A DNA stretch of 64,000 nucleotides from the human T2T-CHM13v2.0 reference genome, Homo sapiens (GCF_009914755.1 NC_060925.1), one strand, 5' to 3'. Shown: positions 1 to 17,353, numbered from the stretch's first letter. Numbers and translations: made by a program. Notes: generated by a model not told the origin, from the sequence alone.

Positions 1-240
1 TACTGTTTCTACTTCTTAAAATTTGTTGAAGTTTTCTTTGAGGCCTAGTGGGTGGTTAATTTCTATGACTGTTACACAAAAAGGTGTATACTTCATTATC
101 AAGGTATATTTTGAGGCATATCAATTAGACTATATCTATGTCATTTAGCACTATATATTTTGCTACTTAGTACTTCTACACCTTGACTAATTTTTCCTAC
201 TGGATGTGTCAAAAACAGAAAGAAGAAAATTAAAGCCTCT
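1..240 (-). mobile_element. Highly diverged old L1 (L1M-type) ORF2 fragment
   Basis: T-rich sequence resembling the antisense L1 endonuclease region; appears to continue at ~7930-9300. Confidence 0.45.
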
Positions 241-642
241 TTAAATGGGGGAAAGAATAGGTTTTTCAACAAATGCTACCTGGACAACTGCATATCCATA
301 TGAAAAGAAGGGAATGGAACCACCTTTCCACTCCATACACAAAAATTAACTCATAATGAATCAAAGAGCTAAATGTAAGAAATAGCACTATGAAATTCTC
401 AAAAGAAAATGTAGGTATAAATCTTTATGACCTTGATTAGGTATGGATTCTTAGATGTGATACCAAAAACACAAGCAACATAAGAAAAAATAGAGAAAGT
501 GGAAATAATCAAAATTAAAAACGTTTTTCCTTCAAAGGATACCATCAAGAAAATAAAAAAATAACCCAAGGATTTGGAGAAAATTTTAACAAGTCATATA
601 TGTGATAAGGGACTTGTATTTAAAATAATATGTAATGAAAAA
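241..642 (+). mobile_element. L1M (L1MB-like) ORF2 3' region, left part, split by the L1PA6
   Basis: ttttcaacaaatgctacctggacaactg...acaaaaattaactc...tgataagggacttgtat is L1M ORF2-like; collinear continuation at ~6855. Confidence 0.8.
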
Positions 643-886
643 GGGGGGCACATTCCAAGATGGCCAAATAGGAACAGCTTCGGTCTGCATCTCCCAGCGT
701 GATCAACACAGAAGACAGGTGATTTCTGCATTTCCAACTGAGGTACCTGGTTCATCTCACTAGGACTGCTTGGACAGAGGGTGCAGCCCAGAGAGGGCGA
801 GCTGAAGCAGAGCGGGCATCGCCTCACCAGGGAAGCATGAGGGGTCGGGGGATTTCCCTTTCCTAGCCAAGGGAAGCCGTGACAGA

Positions 887-1081
887 CTACCTGGAAAAAT
901 GGGGCACTCCCACCCAAATACTGTGCTTTTCCCAAGGTCTTAGCAACTGGCAGACAAGGTGATTCTTTCCTGTGCCTGGCTCGATGGGTCCCACACCCAT
1001 AGAGCCTTGCTCACTGCTAGCACAGCAGTCTGAGATCAATCTGCAAGGCTGCAGCCTGGCTGGGGGAGGGGCATCCAACAT
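887..1081 (-). CDS. ORF0-like antisense ORF of the L1PA6 5'UTR (64 aa)
   Basis: MLDAPPPARLQPCRLISDCCASSEQGSMGVGPIEPG...VGVPHFSR is homologous to L1 ORF0p (MAGAPPPASLPPCSLISDCCASNQRDSVGVGPSEPG...); ATG start; expression unknown. Confidence 0.6.
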   Translation of the reverse strand: MLDAPPPARLQPCRLISDCCASSEQGSMGVGPIEPGTGKNHLVCQLLRPWEKHSIWVGVPHFSR

Positions 1082-1679
1082 TGCTGAGGCTTAAGTAGGT
1101 AAACAAAGCAGCCTGGAAGCTCAAACTGGGTGGGGCCCACCACAGCTTGACAAGACCTACTGCCTCTAGACTCCACCTCTGTGGGCAGGGCATAGCTGAA
1201 TAAAAGGCAGTAGACAACTTCTGCAGACTTAAATGTCCCTGTCTGACAGCTCTGAAGAGAGCAGTTGTTCTCCCAGCATTGCATTTGAGCTCTGAGAATG
1301 GACAGACTGCCTCCTCAAGTGGGTCCCTGACCCCCTTGTAGCCTAACTGGGAGACACCTCCCAGTAGGGGCCAACAGACACCTCATATAGGTGGCTGCCC
1401 TTCTGGGACGAAGCTTCCAGAGGAAGGATCAGGCAGCAATATTTGCTGTTCTGCAATATTTGCTATTCTGCAGCCTACATTGGAGATACCCAGGCAAACA
1501 GGGTCTGGAGTGGAACTCCAGCAAACTCCAACAGACCTGCAGCTGAGAGACCTGACCATTAGAAGGAAAACTAATGAGCAGAAAGGAATAGCATCAACAT
1601 CAACAAAAAGGACATCCACACCAAAACCCCATCCATAGGTAACCAACATCAAAGAACAAAGGTAGATAAAACCACAAAG

Positions 1680-2702
1680 ATGGGGAGAAACCAGAGCAGA
1701 AAAGCTGAAAATTCTGAAAATCAGAGCACCTCTTCTCCTCCAAAGGATCACAGCTCCTCACCAGCAATGGAACAAAGCTGGATGGAGAATGACTTTGATG
1801 AGTTGACAGAAGTAGTCTTCAGAAGGTCGGTAATAACAAACTTCTCTGAGCTAAAGGAGTATGTTCAAACCCATCGCAAGGAAGCTAAAAACCCTGAAAA
1901 AAGATTAGATGAATGGCTAACTAGAATAAACAGTAAAGAGAAGACCTTAAATGACCTGATGGAGCTGAAAACCATGGCATGAGAACTTCGTGAAGCATGC
2001 ACAAGCTTCAATAGCTGAATCAATCAAGTGGAAGAAAGGGTATCAGTAACTGAAGATCAAATTAATGAAATAAAGCAAGAAGACAAGGTTAGAGCAAAAA
2101 GAGTAAAAAGAAATGAATGAAACCTCCAAGAAATATGGGACTATGTGAAAAGACCAAATCTACATCTGATTGGTGTACCTGAAAGTGATGGGCGGATGAA
2201 GCCAAGTTGGAAAACACTTTTCAGGATATTATCCAGGAGAACTTCCCTAACCTAGCAAGGCAGGCCAACATTCAAATTCGGGAAATACAGAGAACACCAC
2301 ACAGATATTCCTTAAGAAGAGCAACCCCAAGACACATAATTGTCAGATTCAACAAGGTTGAAATGAAGGAAAAAGTATAAGGGCAGCCAGAAAGAAAGGT
2401 CGGGTTACCCACAAAGGGAAGCCCATCAGACTAACAGCAGATCTCTCAGCGGAAAGCCTAAAAGCCAGAAGAGAGTGGGGGCCAATATTCAACATTCTTA
2501 AAGAGAAGAAATTTCAACCCAGATTTCATATCCAGCCAAACAAAGCTTCATACGTGAAGGAGAAATAAAATCCTTTACAGGCAAGCAAATGCTGAGAGAT
2601 TTTGTCACCACCAGGCCTGCTTTACAAGAGCTCCTGAAGGAGGCACTAAACATGGAAAGGAACAACCAGTACCAGCCACTGCAAAAATATGCCAAATTGT
2701 AA
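1680..2702 (+). pseudogene. L1 ORF1 (disrupted)
   Basis: MGRNQSRKAENSENQSTSSPPKD...; premature TGA at 1980-1982 and further lesions downstream. Confidence 0.9.
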
Positions 2703-2765
2703 AGACCATCGATGCTAGGAAGAAACTGCATCAATTAACAGGCAAAATAACCAGCAAACATCATA

Positions 2766-6594
<3,829 letters not shown>

Positions 6595-6854
6595 ACGATG
6601 AGATCAGTTGGACACAGGGCAAGGGAACATCACACACTGGGGCCTGTTGTGGAGTGGGGGACTGGGGGAGGGATAGCATTAGGAGAAATATCTAATGTAA
6701 ATGATGAGTTGATGGGTGCAGCAAACCAACATGGCATGTGTATACCTATGTATCAAACCTGCACCTTGTGCACATGTACCCTAGAACTTAAAGTATAATA
6801 ATAAAAGCAAATAAACAAATAAACAAAATCAATAATAAGAAAATTTTTAAAAAG

Positions 6855-7410
6855 TAGCTATTACAATTCAATAATACAAAGACAAATAACTCAATTTTAA
6901 AATGAGCAAAGGATTTCAACCAACATTTCTCCAAAGAAGATATAAAATGTTAGCCAAACACACGAGAAGATTTTCAGCGTCATTCATCATTAGGGAAATG
7001 CAAATCCAAATCACAGTGAGATATCATTTGACACCAGTTAGGTTGGCTATATTCAAAAAGACAAAAAATAACAAGTGTTGGCAAGGATGTGGGAAAATTG
7101 GAACCCTCATACGTTGCTGGTCAGAATGCAAAATGTTGCAACCTCTTTGAAAAGCAGCCTGGCTGTTTCTCAAACGATTAAGAATAGAGTTACCATGTGG
7201 TCCAACAATTCTACCACTTGATATCTACCCAAGAGAAATGAAAACATGTCCACACAAAAGCTTTTGTATGAATGTTCATAGCAGCACCAGACACAACAGC
7301 CCAACAGTGGAAAAAACCCAAATGTCCATAAATTGATGAATAGATTAATAAAATGTAGTAACCCATATAATGGAATATTCATCAGCAATAAAAACAAATG
7401 AAGCACTTGA
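6855..7410 (+). mobile_element. L1M (L1MB-like) 3' region, right part
   Basis: ttacaattcaataatacaaagacaaataac...; translates to [41 protein letters not shown] (ORF2 C-terminal domain). Confidence 0.85.
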
Positions 7411-7930
7411 TGCTTTTGCCTCACAACTCTTAAGATTCTTTCCTTTGTCCTGACTTTAGATAATCTGATGACTATGTGCCTAGGTGATGATCTTTTTGCG
7501 AAGAACTTCCCAGTGTTCTTAGAGCTTGTTGTATGTGGATGTCTAGATCTCTAGTAAAGCCAAGGAAGTTTTCTTCGATTAGTCCCTCAAATATGTTTTC
7601 CAAACTTTTAGATTTCTCTTCTTCCTTAGAAACACCAATTATTCTTAGGTTTGGATGTTTAATATAGTCCCAAACTTCTTGGAAGCCTTTTTCATTAAAA
7701 AAATTTTTTTTTCTTTGTCTTTGACAGATTGGGTTAATTTGAAAGCTTTGTCATCAAGCTCTGAGATTCTTTCTTCTGCTTCTTTGATTCTATTGCTGAG
7801 ACTTTCCTGTGCATTTTGCATTTCTTTAAGTGTGCCCTTGATTTCCAGAAGTTGTGACTGGTTTTTATTTATGCTATCTACTTCACTGAAAATTTTTCCT
7901 TTCATATCCTGTATCACGTTTTTGATTCTG
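7411..7930 (-). mobile_element. Internal ORF1 fragment of an L1PB-like element
   Basis: ORF 7645-7917 MIQDMKGKIFSEVDSINKNQSQLLEIKGTLKEMQNAQESLSNRIKEAEERISELDDKAF is an ORF1p coiled coil; no 3'UTR or poly(A). Confidence 0.8.
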
Positions 7931-9300
7931 TCACTATCTTCTGTGTCCTTGCCAATATTTTAATTAAATTATTCACTCTATGGTCAGTTATCTTCACTTT
8001 GTTTTCTCTGTGAAGTTATATTTTTGTGCTCTTATTAGAGCATTTATATTTTTATTATATTAGTTATCTTTATAGTTATAAATTGATCTTAGTCCTCTGG
8101 TGTTTGTTTATTCTTACTAGTTATAACTGTGAATATTATTATATTTCTTCCTTTTCTCTCCTTTTATCTCTGGATCCAGCAGCATACTGATTTTAGTCAA
8201 TAATTTCTTTTCTGGTGTTTGCTTTGATATAACTGTGTTTCTGATTTATGACTTGATTTGCCAACTTTAAATGAAATCCTTTGACTTCCAGCTGTTTTAA
8301 ATTAAACAGTAAACACATTTTCTCATCATTTCAATTTCTTTCCCTCTTCTCCTCTCAATGTTTCAGTTATGTTTTATCTGCCACTCTAACTCACATTTTT
8401 CTAGTTTTAGTGGTACTGTTAAATATATAGTCTCCCTCAATCTTTTCCCCAAACTTATTGATTGACTGAATTTTCTCTTTTATTGGTTCCCACAAAAAGA
8501 CATCAACAAAATAATATTGCTCCAGTTTTTGAACTCTTATTAAAACTATTGTTTGTAGCCCTTATACTTCAAGAAGAGTTTGCATATATATTCTTATCTC
8601 AAAGTCTCTTTGCTTGAGAATCTCATGGGATTGTATCTGGTATTCAGAGTTGCTGTGTAAAAACAGGAAGGCAGCCTGAATTCTTCTTTCTTGTAAAATT
8701 GACCTAGTCTTTTCACCTGTCTGCCGAAAGGATTCTTTATCTTTGAAGCCCAGCAACTTTATTGGGATATGTCTCATTGGTCATTCTGGGTCTTTCTTTA
8801 TTTCTTCTATTCTATCACACCAACTTTGCCATTCTCAACCTCTGTGAATCTCCTGTGATTTTTATACTATCTGATTCTTTTGCCCCATTTTGTTTTTATT
8901 TCCTTAATTCTTCTATTTTTTTTTTCTTGGACTACACCTTTCCTTAGTTGTGCAAGCTCATATCTTATCTCTTCCTGCTATGCTACCATACTTTCCCTGA
9001 ATTATTCCATTACTGTGTTATATATCATCTTTCATCCAGGTGATCACTTTAATTTGAAGGATTTTTTTTCCTCCAAATTCATGGCAAGACATTTGTTCAT
9101 AACTTTCATTGGTATGGTAATATTTTACAGAAGGATATACTTTATTAATACATTTTTTGGCTTTTTTCCCTTTTGTCTTGGAGTATAGATATAATTTTTA
9201 TTATTCATCTTTGAATGGTTTTCATTTTCCTAAGCTCTGTATTTATAAGGGCTTTCTTGAGGCAGGACCAGGTCAGCTTTCCTGTCTAGCATGCTTGCCC
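7930..9300 (-). mobile_element. Very old L1M remnant (ORF1 / inter-ORF region)
   Basis: T-rich; 8562-8777 translates to an ORF1p C-terminal-like peptide (RHIPIKLLGFKDKE...RIQAAFLF). Confidence 0.5.
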
Positions 9301-10329
9301 AATGCAAAGGTTCTTCTTTTCCACAGTCTCCACAAAGGTAGAACGCTTCTCAAAAAAATGTGCCTTGTCTTTCCAAATCTTTATTTGGCCTTGCTTCTTC
9401 TTTTTTATGAAATTCATTATAGTCCCATTAGGGTAGAAGGTCACATCCTGCTTCTGCCACACTTTTGCCAGCAAGGGGTACAGCTTCTGACTCTCAAGAC
9501 ATACCCATCACTTGCGGGAAGGAAATTGTTAGTAGTGTGTTCTGAGATCTGTCATGGCTGGTCTCCTACAACTGAGGTCTTGAGATCTGTCTTTAGCCTT
9601 TCCCAAATTCTTCCCAGAAGAATTCAGTTGCTTTTAGAAAATCTTAAAAGTATTTTAAGATTTAGGATAAATACTTAAAAGTATTTAAACTCTCTCCTGA
9701 AGTTTATTTAACAACTGAGTTTTTGTTCTGAGTTTTCCATTCTTTATTTGCCTTAGGGTGGTTCCAGGGAGAGAAGTTTGGAGAAGGCTGCATGACGCAG
9801 CCATGAGTATACACTGGGAGTTTCCACTCCATCCCCAATCTCCACCAAAAAGACGGTGCTTCTGAAGGTATTTTTTTCCTTCTAATGCCTTAGTTTCTTT
9901 ATACAGTGGCCAAAAATAGTACAAGAATATCTTCATGGCAACTACAGGCATTGCTCATTGTATGGCAAGCTGATTTATGGAACTTTTCCACTACAGAATT
10001 GATGGTTCTGAGCATGAACTCAAACAGCAGTTACCTGAAAATCCAGACACATGAGGTCTTATCCCCCAATCTGTCAGTTCTGTCAGGGTGAAATGTGCGC
10101 CTTCTCAGCCTTCTGTCTTCTTTGGTGCTCATTGCTAAATAGTTCAGTAGAAATGCCTCAGAGGAATCATCTTGGTGCTGGCTCCAAGGCTCTGTGCAGT
10201 CAGCCAGGCTATGAAAGAAGGCAGCCTGTGCCTTCTCCAGACTCATTCCCGCTCCATCCTCAACCTAATCTTCCTGAATACACTCTCCATTCAAGAGCCG
10301 ATGGAAAAATGGATCACTGACAAATAACG

Positions 10330-10810
10330 AATTATTGTATGAATTAACCTCTTGCTGGCAACTGGGCAGTTTGATAGCAGACTCAAACTGGGTGATTTGA
10401 GAATTTAATAAAGGGACTACTAATTCATCCTATGCTAATATGAACCCTCATTTAGGGTTGAGAGAGAGTAGCCAAGGGATAGTGCAGTAGTTGGGGATTT
10501 ATTAATGGCAGAGAGCCTTTACCATTTCTTGACCTGGAGGGGCTAAATGGCACAGGAAACACCCAAGAGTATTGCATAGCTAGGGCTTCTGGAAAGGAGC
10601 TTCAGCCTTCAGTAGTGGGCTATAGGCTGTAGAAGGAGGGAAGTAGGGAAAAGAATCTCACCCTCTCTGTGTCACCTTCTCAGCTCCTGCCAGTGCTTCT
10701 CATTGGCCAAACCAAATCAACAGCCAGATAGCAAATGGAGTTACTTGATTAAGTCCTCCTATGATGGGGGGAAGACAGTGGATATGGAGGGGCAGAAAGA
10801 AAATAAACAA
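10330..10810. mobile_element. ERVL LTR, LTR33-like
   Basis: actcaaactgggtgatttgagaatttaataaagggactac...aagggatagtgcagt...ctcctgccagtgcttctcattggccaaacc. Confidence 0.55.
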
Positions 10811-11471
10811 CCCTACAGGGATCCACCAATTGCTTTTATTCAGAATAAAATTTTATTCAGAATAAAATTTCAAAGCTATTTTATTCTGTACCAAACATTG
10901 CAAATGTTGGCTTGCGGAAAGCAAATACAAGATTATTCTAAAGAAAACATTAAGCCTGAGGCCATATATCAATTACAAGGTGAATTTTAGGGCTCAACAC
11001 AGTTATATATCATCAAGTTCAAATGAACAAATGCCTGGATTTGAATGCTAAGGCATAGGATTATTTCAATATGCACACACTGAGCATTTTCTGAAAATCA
11101 TCAAGCTTTTATTACCATTTTATCCTAAATCCCCTGACCACTTCTCATTCAATTTGCATGAACAGGCCTCCTCTTTCCACCCTTATTTTAATCCTGGAGT
11201 TTCCTAACTCAGCCTTCTCCTCTGCTAATTCTACTCCTTCTCATAGACAGGTAACTTTTTCTGTTCTTTGACATCAGTTTCCACATCTTCTCTAGTGAGA
11301 TTTCATACTATTTCTTTAGCTCAGCCCTCCCTTATGAATTCCCAGCCCATAGAACATAGCTGCCAACTGGACATTTTCACCTGGATGCTTTATAGACATC
11401 TTAAATCATGTTGAAAAACTAACTCATTATCTTAAGCATTCCCAAACAACCTTCTAACTCACGCGTGTGCG

Positions 11472-11496
<25 letters not shown>
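11472..11496. repeat. (CA)n microsatellite
   Basis: Direct reading. Confidence 0.95.
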
Positions 11497-11502
<6 letters not shown>

Positions 11503-12121
11503 CCTGCCTATTCCTGAATTCTCAAACTTTTAAAATATTTCATGGCCTTCATTTTTGTTTTCTAACAAAAATAGATAAATGTATGAATGGCATGTTTTTT
11601 TGGCAGAGAAATAAGTAAATATTTTTAAAATTTCTTCAGTGTTTTCTACAATGAAAAGGAAATCAACAATTTCTATACTCTACGTAGGGGTCAGTTTCCC
11701 AAACCCATGACCCATTAGTAATCATCAACACCTTATCCCTGGTCTCCCATATCCCGGTGGTTATAAATTCATGGTTAAGGCACATAGCTCATGTCTTCCC
11801 TGCTTGGAACTGTATGCCCATGTCTGGCATTAAAACAGCTATTTCTTGAATGAATAACTCTATGTCTTTTAGCTCTACCCTCTAACTATCTCCACTGCCA
11901 GCCCTGCTTCATCTGATTTTAGTCAATAATTTCTTTTCTGGTGTTTGCTTTGAGGACCTATGTCAAGATCTGCTGCCACCACCATCACATAGGTTCTCAG
12001 TGTCTTCCTCCTATAGCACCAAAGGGCCTTCCAGAGGCCTTCCTGCCTCCAAATATTCCCTCTCTAATCCTTTCTCTTCACTGCAGCCAATTACCTTTCT
12101 AAAGGGCAATTGTGGTCCCTC

Positions 12122-12428
<307 letters not shown>

Positions 12429-14752
12429 TAAATAATAATAAGAAAACTCACTACTTCTGCCTTGCTGGCTGGGCCACAGACGATTCCTGTGTATTTCCCA
12501 AAACAGTATGCACACACTTGCATTTGCAGGTTAGAGACAAAGTATGTCCACTCTAGGTTCTTGCTGCCCTTGAGCTACCTTCCAGTTTGCTACCTCCTAT
12601 CTACAGGACTAAGACCCAAGTTCTTAGCATGGAAATCAGTTTTCCTTTTCAGCCTCATTTCCTGCCTTACCCATCCACTCACTTAGAACTTGGATTCTTC
12701 AACCTCTTACAGTCCCCTAAAATGTTTTCTGTGTGCCATGCCCCTTTTGCCTTCCCCAGGAGTTCCTATTTATGCTTCAAGAAGCATCTCAAATATCACT
12801 CCCTCCATGATGCCTTTGCGAACTCTCTAGCATTAGCTGCTCCTTCCTCTGATGTTGTCCTATTTTGTCTATCTCTGTGTTGTGCAATAATTACATCTTT
12901 ACATTTCTGTTGGCCCAGCACAAGCCCTACAGGCCAGGGCTGTATTGTAGTTTTCTTTGTCATCCTACCCATCAGTGCCAAATTTGGAAAATAGCAAGAA
13001 CTCAATCAATAGATGCTAAACTAATGAACACTTTATTAGCCTACATTTATGGAGCATTCTTGGTACCCATTAAACAGTTTCATCTCTCTCATATGTCAGT
13101 GTTATGTTTCACTGCAGCTTTCCCTAAGGAATTTTGTGAGAAATATGGAGTATTGCAGCACTATTCTTTGGTCACATGGGGGTTTAATTCCTATTTATAC
13201 TTTTCTTGTATTACTAGAAATAATGACTGTAACTACTTATCTGGCAAATCTCTGAAATTTCTTTTTAAGGAAATTGTTATTGTTGGAGAAATTTGCAAAG
13301 CCCGACTCTGCCAGGGCTCTATTCCTCATATCTAAGCAGTTAATTCTCTACTACGTTACGTTTAGCTTTCGGCTCTGGAAACACTCTTTGAATGCCTCCT
13401 TTGTGCAGATTTATCCAACTCTCTCCTCTTTCTTTCATTAAGCTTGCCCTGTAAAGCCATATTCCTTCTGTTTTCAATTATGAATTTATTTCCTCTGGAG
13501 CTTTCTGACTTAGAATCTATTTGAACTTCTATAGAAACTTTGGTTGAAAAGGAAAAAAAGAAAAAAAAGGGCCTATTTTTAAAGGTTTTCTCTTTCACCT
13601 AATATTAGAGGGGATTTCTTTGTGATTAAACAAATTTGTTATAAAGTAACACACACTGTGAAATATCCAAACAACTACAATGTCATTATAAATATATTTT
13701 TCTTATCAGAGAAGGCAACAGGCAAATCAGCCACTCTTGCAAGGTCATATTTCACAGAGACAGCTGAATTCACCCACTGTTGAATTATGTTATAAAGCCA
13801 GTGATTTAGTATTGTCATCTATTTTGATTGACACCAAAAGCCTTCCAGGACAGTAAATGTAAAGATGTTAGAAGAAAATCACTTACAAAATGGCTTGATA
13901 GTTCATGTTAATGAGTTTTAAAATGCGGTATAACAACTTAATCAAATCAGACAGCTCCATAAAAGAATTAATTTGGTCATTGGCTCTCTTTCCAAAATGA
14001 CTTTGTTGTACTGAGTAAGGTGAGAATTTTTCTGTGGCTGAAACATTCACAACTAGATTCGAAATGACATAGCCTGGGATAAGTTATGGATTAACCAAAG
14101 TTTCTCAGGAGTTATTTATATTTGGCCTCTTGTTAAATGAGATGCATGTCTTTTCTGAAGTTTCATTTTAATGAAAGAGAAAGAAGAATATGAATGACAT
14201 GTATTAAAGACCCCGAGCCCACACTTAAAACCTCAATTTTGGATAACTTGTGTGTTACCTTTTAGAAATTAGAGTGTCATTGGGTTGCTATTATGGGTCG
14301 CCAACAGAAGGGGATTCAGGAATATCTCCATACTGCCCCAGACCACAGCAATAATTTTCTGCAATGTCAAGAGAAAAACACAGGACAATAACCAGTTGAA
14401 AGCAGCAAAGTTCTGCATTATTTTTTGCTGTCCTCTTGTCCCAAACTCTAGAGGAGATTATTAGAAACGTAGTATCTGCCCCTGTAGAATTATGGGCTTA
14501 TGACAAGACTAGAGACCTAAGGAGACTAGTTTCTTGTCTATCCGGGCTCAAACACCAACCTCTTTCATGCACTTCCAGACTGAAGTTGTTTCTAAGGTCA
14601 GCTTTAAGGAGAAAATTACATATAATCAGAATTACCCTCCAGAATTCATAAATCACCTTCCATTGGTATAGATCACTGTCTCTTGGATTGAGCAGCAGAT
14701 TAAGTAGTCAGATTGCATTTAGGTTTACATTATATAAAATTTAATATGTTTT

Positions 14753-15034
14753 GGCTGGGCGCAGTGGCTCACACCTGTAATCCCAGCACTTTAGGAAGCC
14801 AAGGTGGGAGGATGGATAGAGGTCAGGAGTTCAAGACCAGCTTGGGCAACATAGCAAGACCTCATCTCTATAAAAACTTTAAGAATTAGCTGGACACAGT
14901 GGCACATGCCTGTAGTCCCAGATACTTGGGAGGCTGGGGCAGAAGGATCATTTGAGCCCAGGAGTTTGAGGCTGCAGTGAGCTATGATCATGACACTGCA
15001 CTCCAGTCTGGGTGACAGAATGAGACCGTGTCTC
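14753..15034 (+). mobile_element. AluJ lacking a poly(A) tail
   Basis: ggctgggcgcagtggctcac...ggatcatttgagcccaggagtttgaggctgcagtgagctatgatc...gagaccgtgtctc. Confidence 0.9.
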
Positions 15035-15639
15035 TTTAAATATTAGGAATCACCTTCAGAATGGCATTGAAAGGCAGGAAGTCTGCCAGGCAGTGCGTGA
15101 GGGAAGAGCAGAGTCATAGACTCTCCTCAGACTATCTTATTGACGGACAAGTTACAGGTACTTTTAAAATCAGTCTCTCCTTCCTCTCTCTCTCTCCTTT
15201 TCTCAGCTTTCTGTCTCTCTCCTAGAGTTAAATTTTAATGAAAAAAAATAATGTGAATTATTTGTGTGTTATATATGTGTAACATTTCTATGTATTTATA
15301 TTATTAATATGACATAATAATATAATATTTGTATTATTAATATTTATTTAAAACCATCAGCACACACTTAGAACCTCCGTTTTGGGTAATGTAGTTATTA
15401 CCAACATTCCTACCTGACATTTATTTGTGTATTTGTTCAGTGTATATCTGTGTCTTCTGTGAGACTGTGGGGTTTATGAAGAAAGGGACTATGTATCTTT
15501 TGGCTCACCATTTCATTCCCACGACTAGCATGGAGCCGAAGAGGAGATGAAAACATTTTTATCAAATGAATGGCTAAAGGAGAGAGACCATTAGACATTA
15601 CTACCTTTGGAAGTTCTCTTAGTAACTGTGGCTCAATCA

Positions 15640-15850
15640 TGTTGCAGTGTTATAGACACCTTTATAATTTACAAAGAACTTTCACAAACATGGCCTCATT
15701 ATAAAGGTGACAAGCATGATTGTCCCCCATACCAGTCTGTAGAAGAAGAAACTGAGACTTGGAGAGGCTAACCAACTTGTGCAAAGTTGCACAGCTAACT
15801 TATGACAGAACTAGGTCTTGAACCCCTGTCTTCTAACCCTTAGCCAGACC
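15640..15850 (-). mobile_element. MIR
   Basis: MIR core agaagaagaaactgagacttggagaggctaaccaacttgtgcaaagttgcacagcta. Confidence 0.75.
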
Positions 15851-17353
15851 AGTTGGAGTTCCCCATCCCCAGTGACCTCTCCTACATTTATGGGGACTCT
15901 TGTGTATCAGAGTTTGTGACTCTGTGCCCGTGTAAGGCAGTGATCACATCTTGTCCCTCACAACAGAGATGTATTAAGTGCCTACTATGCGCCAGACATG
16001 CAAAAAACTTCCAGGACGCAAACAAGAATGAGATGTATGTATTTCTTGCCATCAAAACAACTCACAATCTAATGCAGCATAGTGTTAAACATGTACATTT
16101 CTAATATACTGTTGAATATGTTTGTGGATGAAATCCTATCCTGCTTGCAGTTGCAATAATCTGCAGGTTAAATGGAAGGAAAAGCAAGGCTTGCTGGTTT
16201 GCACAAACGTTAACAACTATTAGCTCAAGTTCGAAACAAGATTGTAACCATTCTGCACAAGTGTTAAGGAGTGCATATTTGCAGAGCTGAGGCCAGGAGG
16301 CTTAAATTTTAGAAACAGCTGTGGAACTCCTTTCAGTATGTACAGTTGGAAGGAGGCTGGCATTGTCAGGGAGTCGCTCTGGAAAATACAGGCACTGAAT
16401 ATATTTTATCTTTTCCCTTATTCCAGTGTTAGTGTCCCCATAGAATTCCAAGTGAGAAAATAACCTGCAAAGGTGTGAGGTGGGAATCATATTACAACAT
16501 TCAAGCAGGTGAGATCCTCAGAGATGAAAGGGGAAGAAAATGGCACTTTAATGCATGAGAGTAATCTTCCAGGATTTGTACCAGGATGTGTTATATTTTA
16601 ACAAGAAGAGTTCCCAGAAGGGTCAGTTTCAGGAACATCACATGAACCCCTGGAGAAAAGTAAATGGTTGATTGGCTGTCACACTTACTGTTTCAATATG
16701 CTGGGTAAAGCAAAGCGAGGAAAGGTGAGGTCTCACCAAGTGCAGATTACAAAACAAATGCATTCTTTGTGTGCTTTTTTCATAGTAGATGATTTTGAAA
16801 CAAAAAGAGAAAAATAAACCTGTTGAGTAGAAACTTGGGAAGTAAAACTGAGTGATAGAGGATTAGTTTTCACATGTAGGCGGTACACAGAGTTTGTACA
16901 GTTTCGTAGTTACAAGACAGGGTAGAATGAATATTTAAAGAGAAGACTGTTAGGAACAATGGTTCAGAAGGATGAAGGAACTCAATAAGGTTGTGAGGGA
17001 TTGAGAAGGAATGTTTTGCTTGAAACATGGAGTATGGCAACAATGAATGAGCCTAGTTTTGAATCAAAATGACCTGAAAAACTTCTGTAGAAAGTTTCCA
17101 ACAAAGCAGTGCTGTATTATGGAAGATCCTGCCATATGGATTGAAACTTTTCTAGAACTTTTAATAGACGAGCCCTCATAAGTAAGATCCAGGCAACCAA
17201 ATTACTACTCTTTGAATGCTATTGTGGGTATCATGTCAAGATCCAATGTTTTCTTTCCATGTTATACTGAAGAAATAAAACTTAATGTCTATAGTTCAGG
17301 TTATATTTGAAACTTTAATAGTTCTAGATTGAAGCTAGCATAAAAACACTGTA

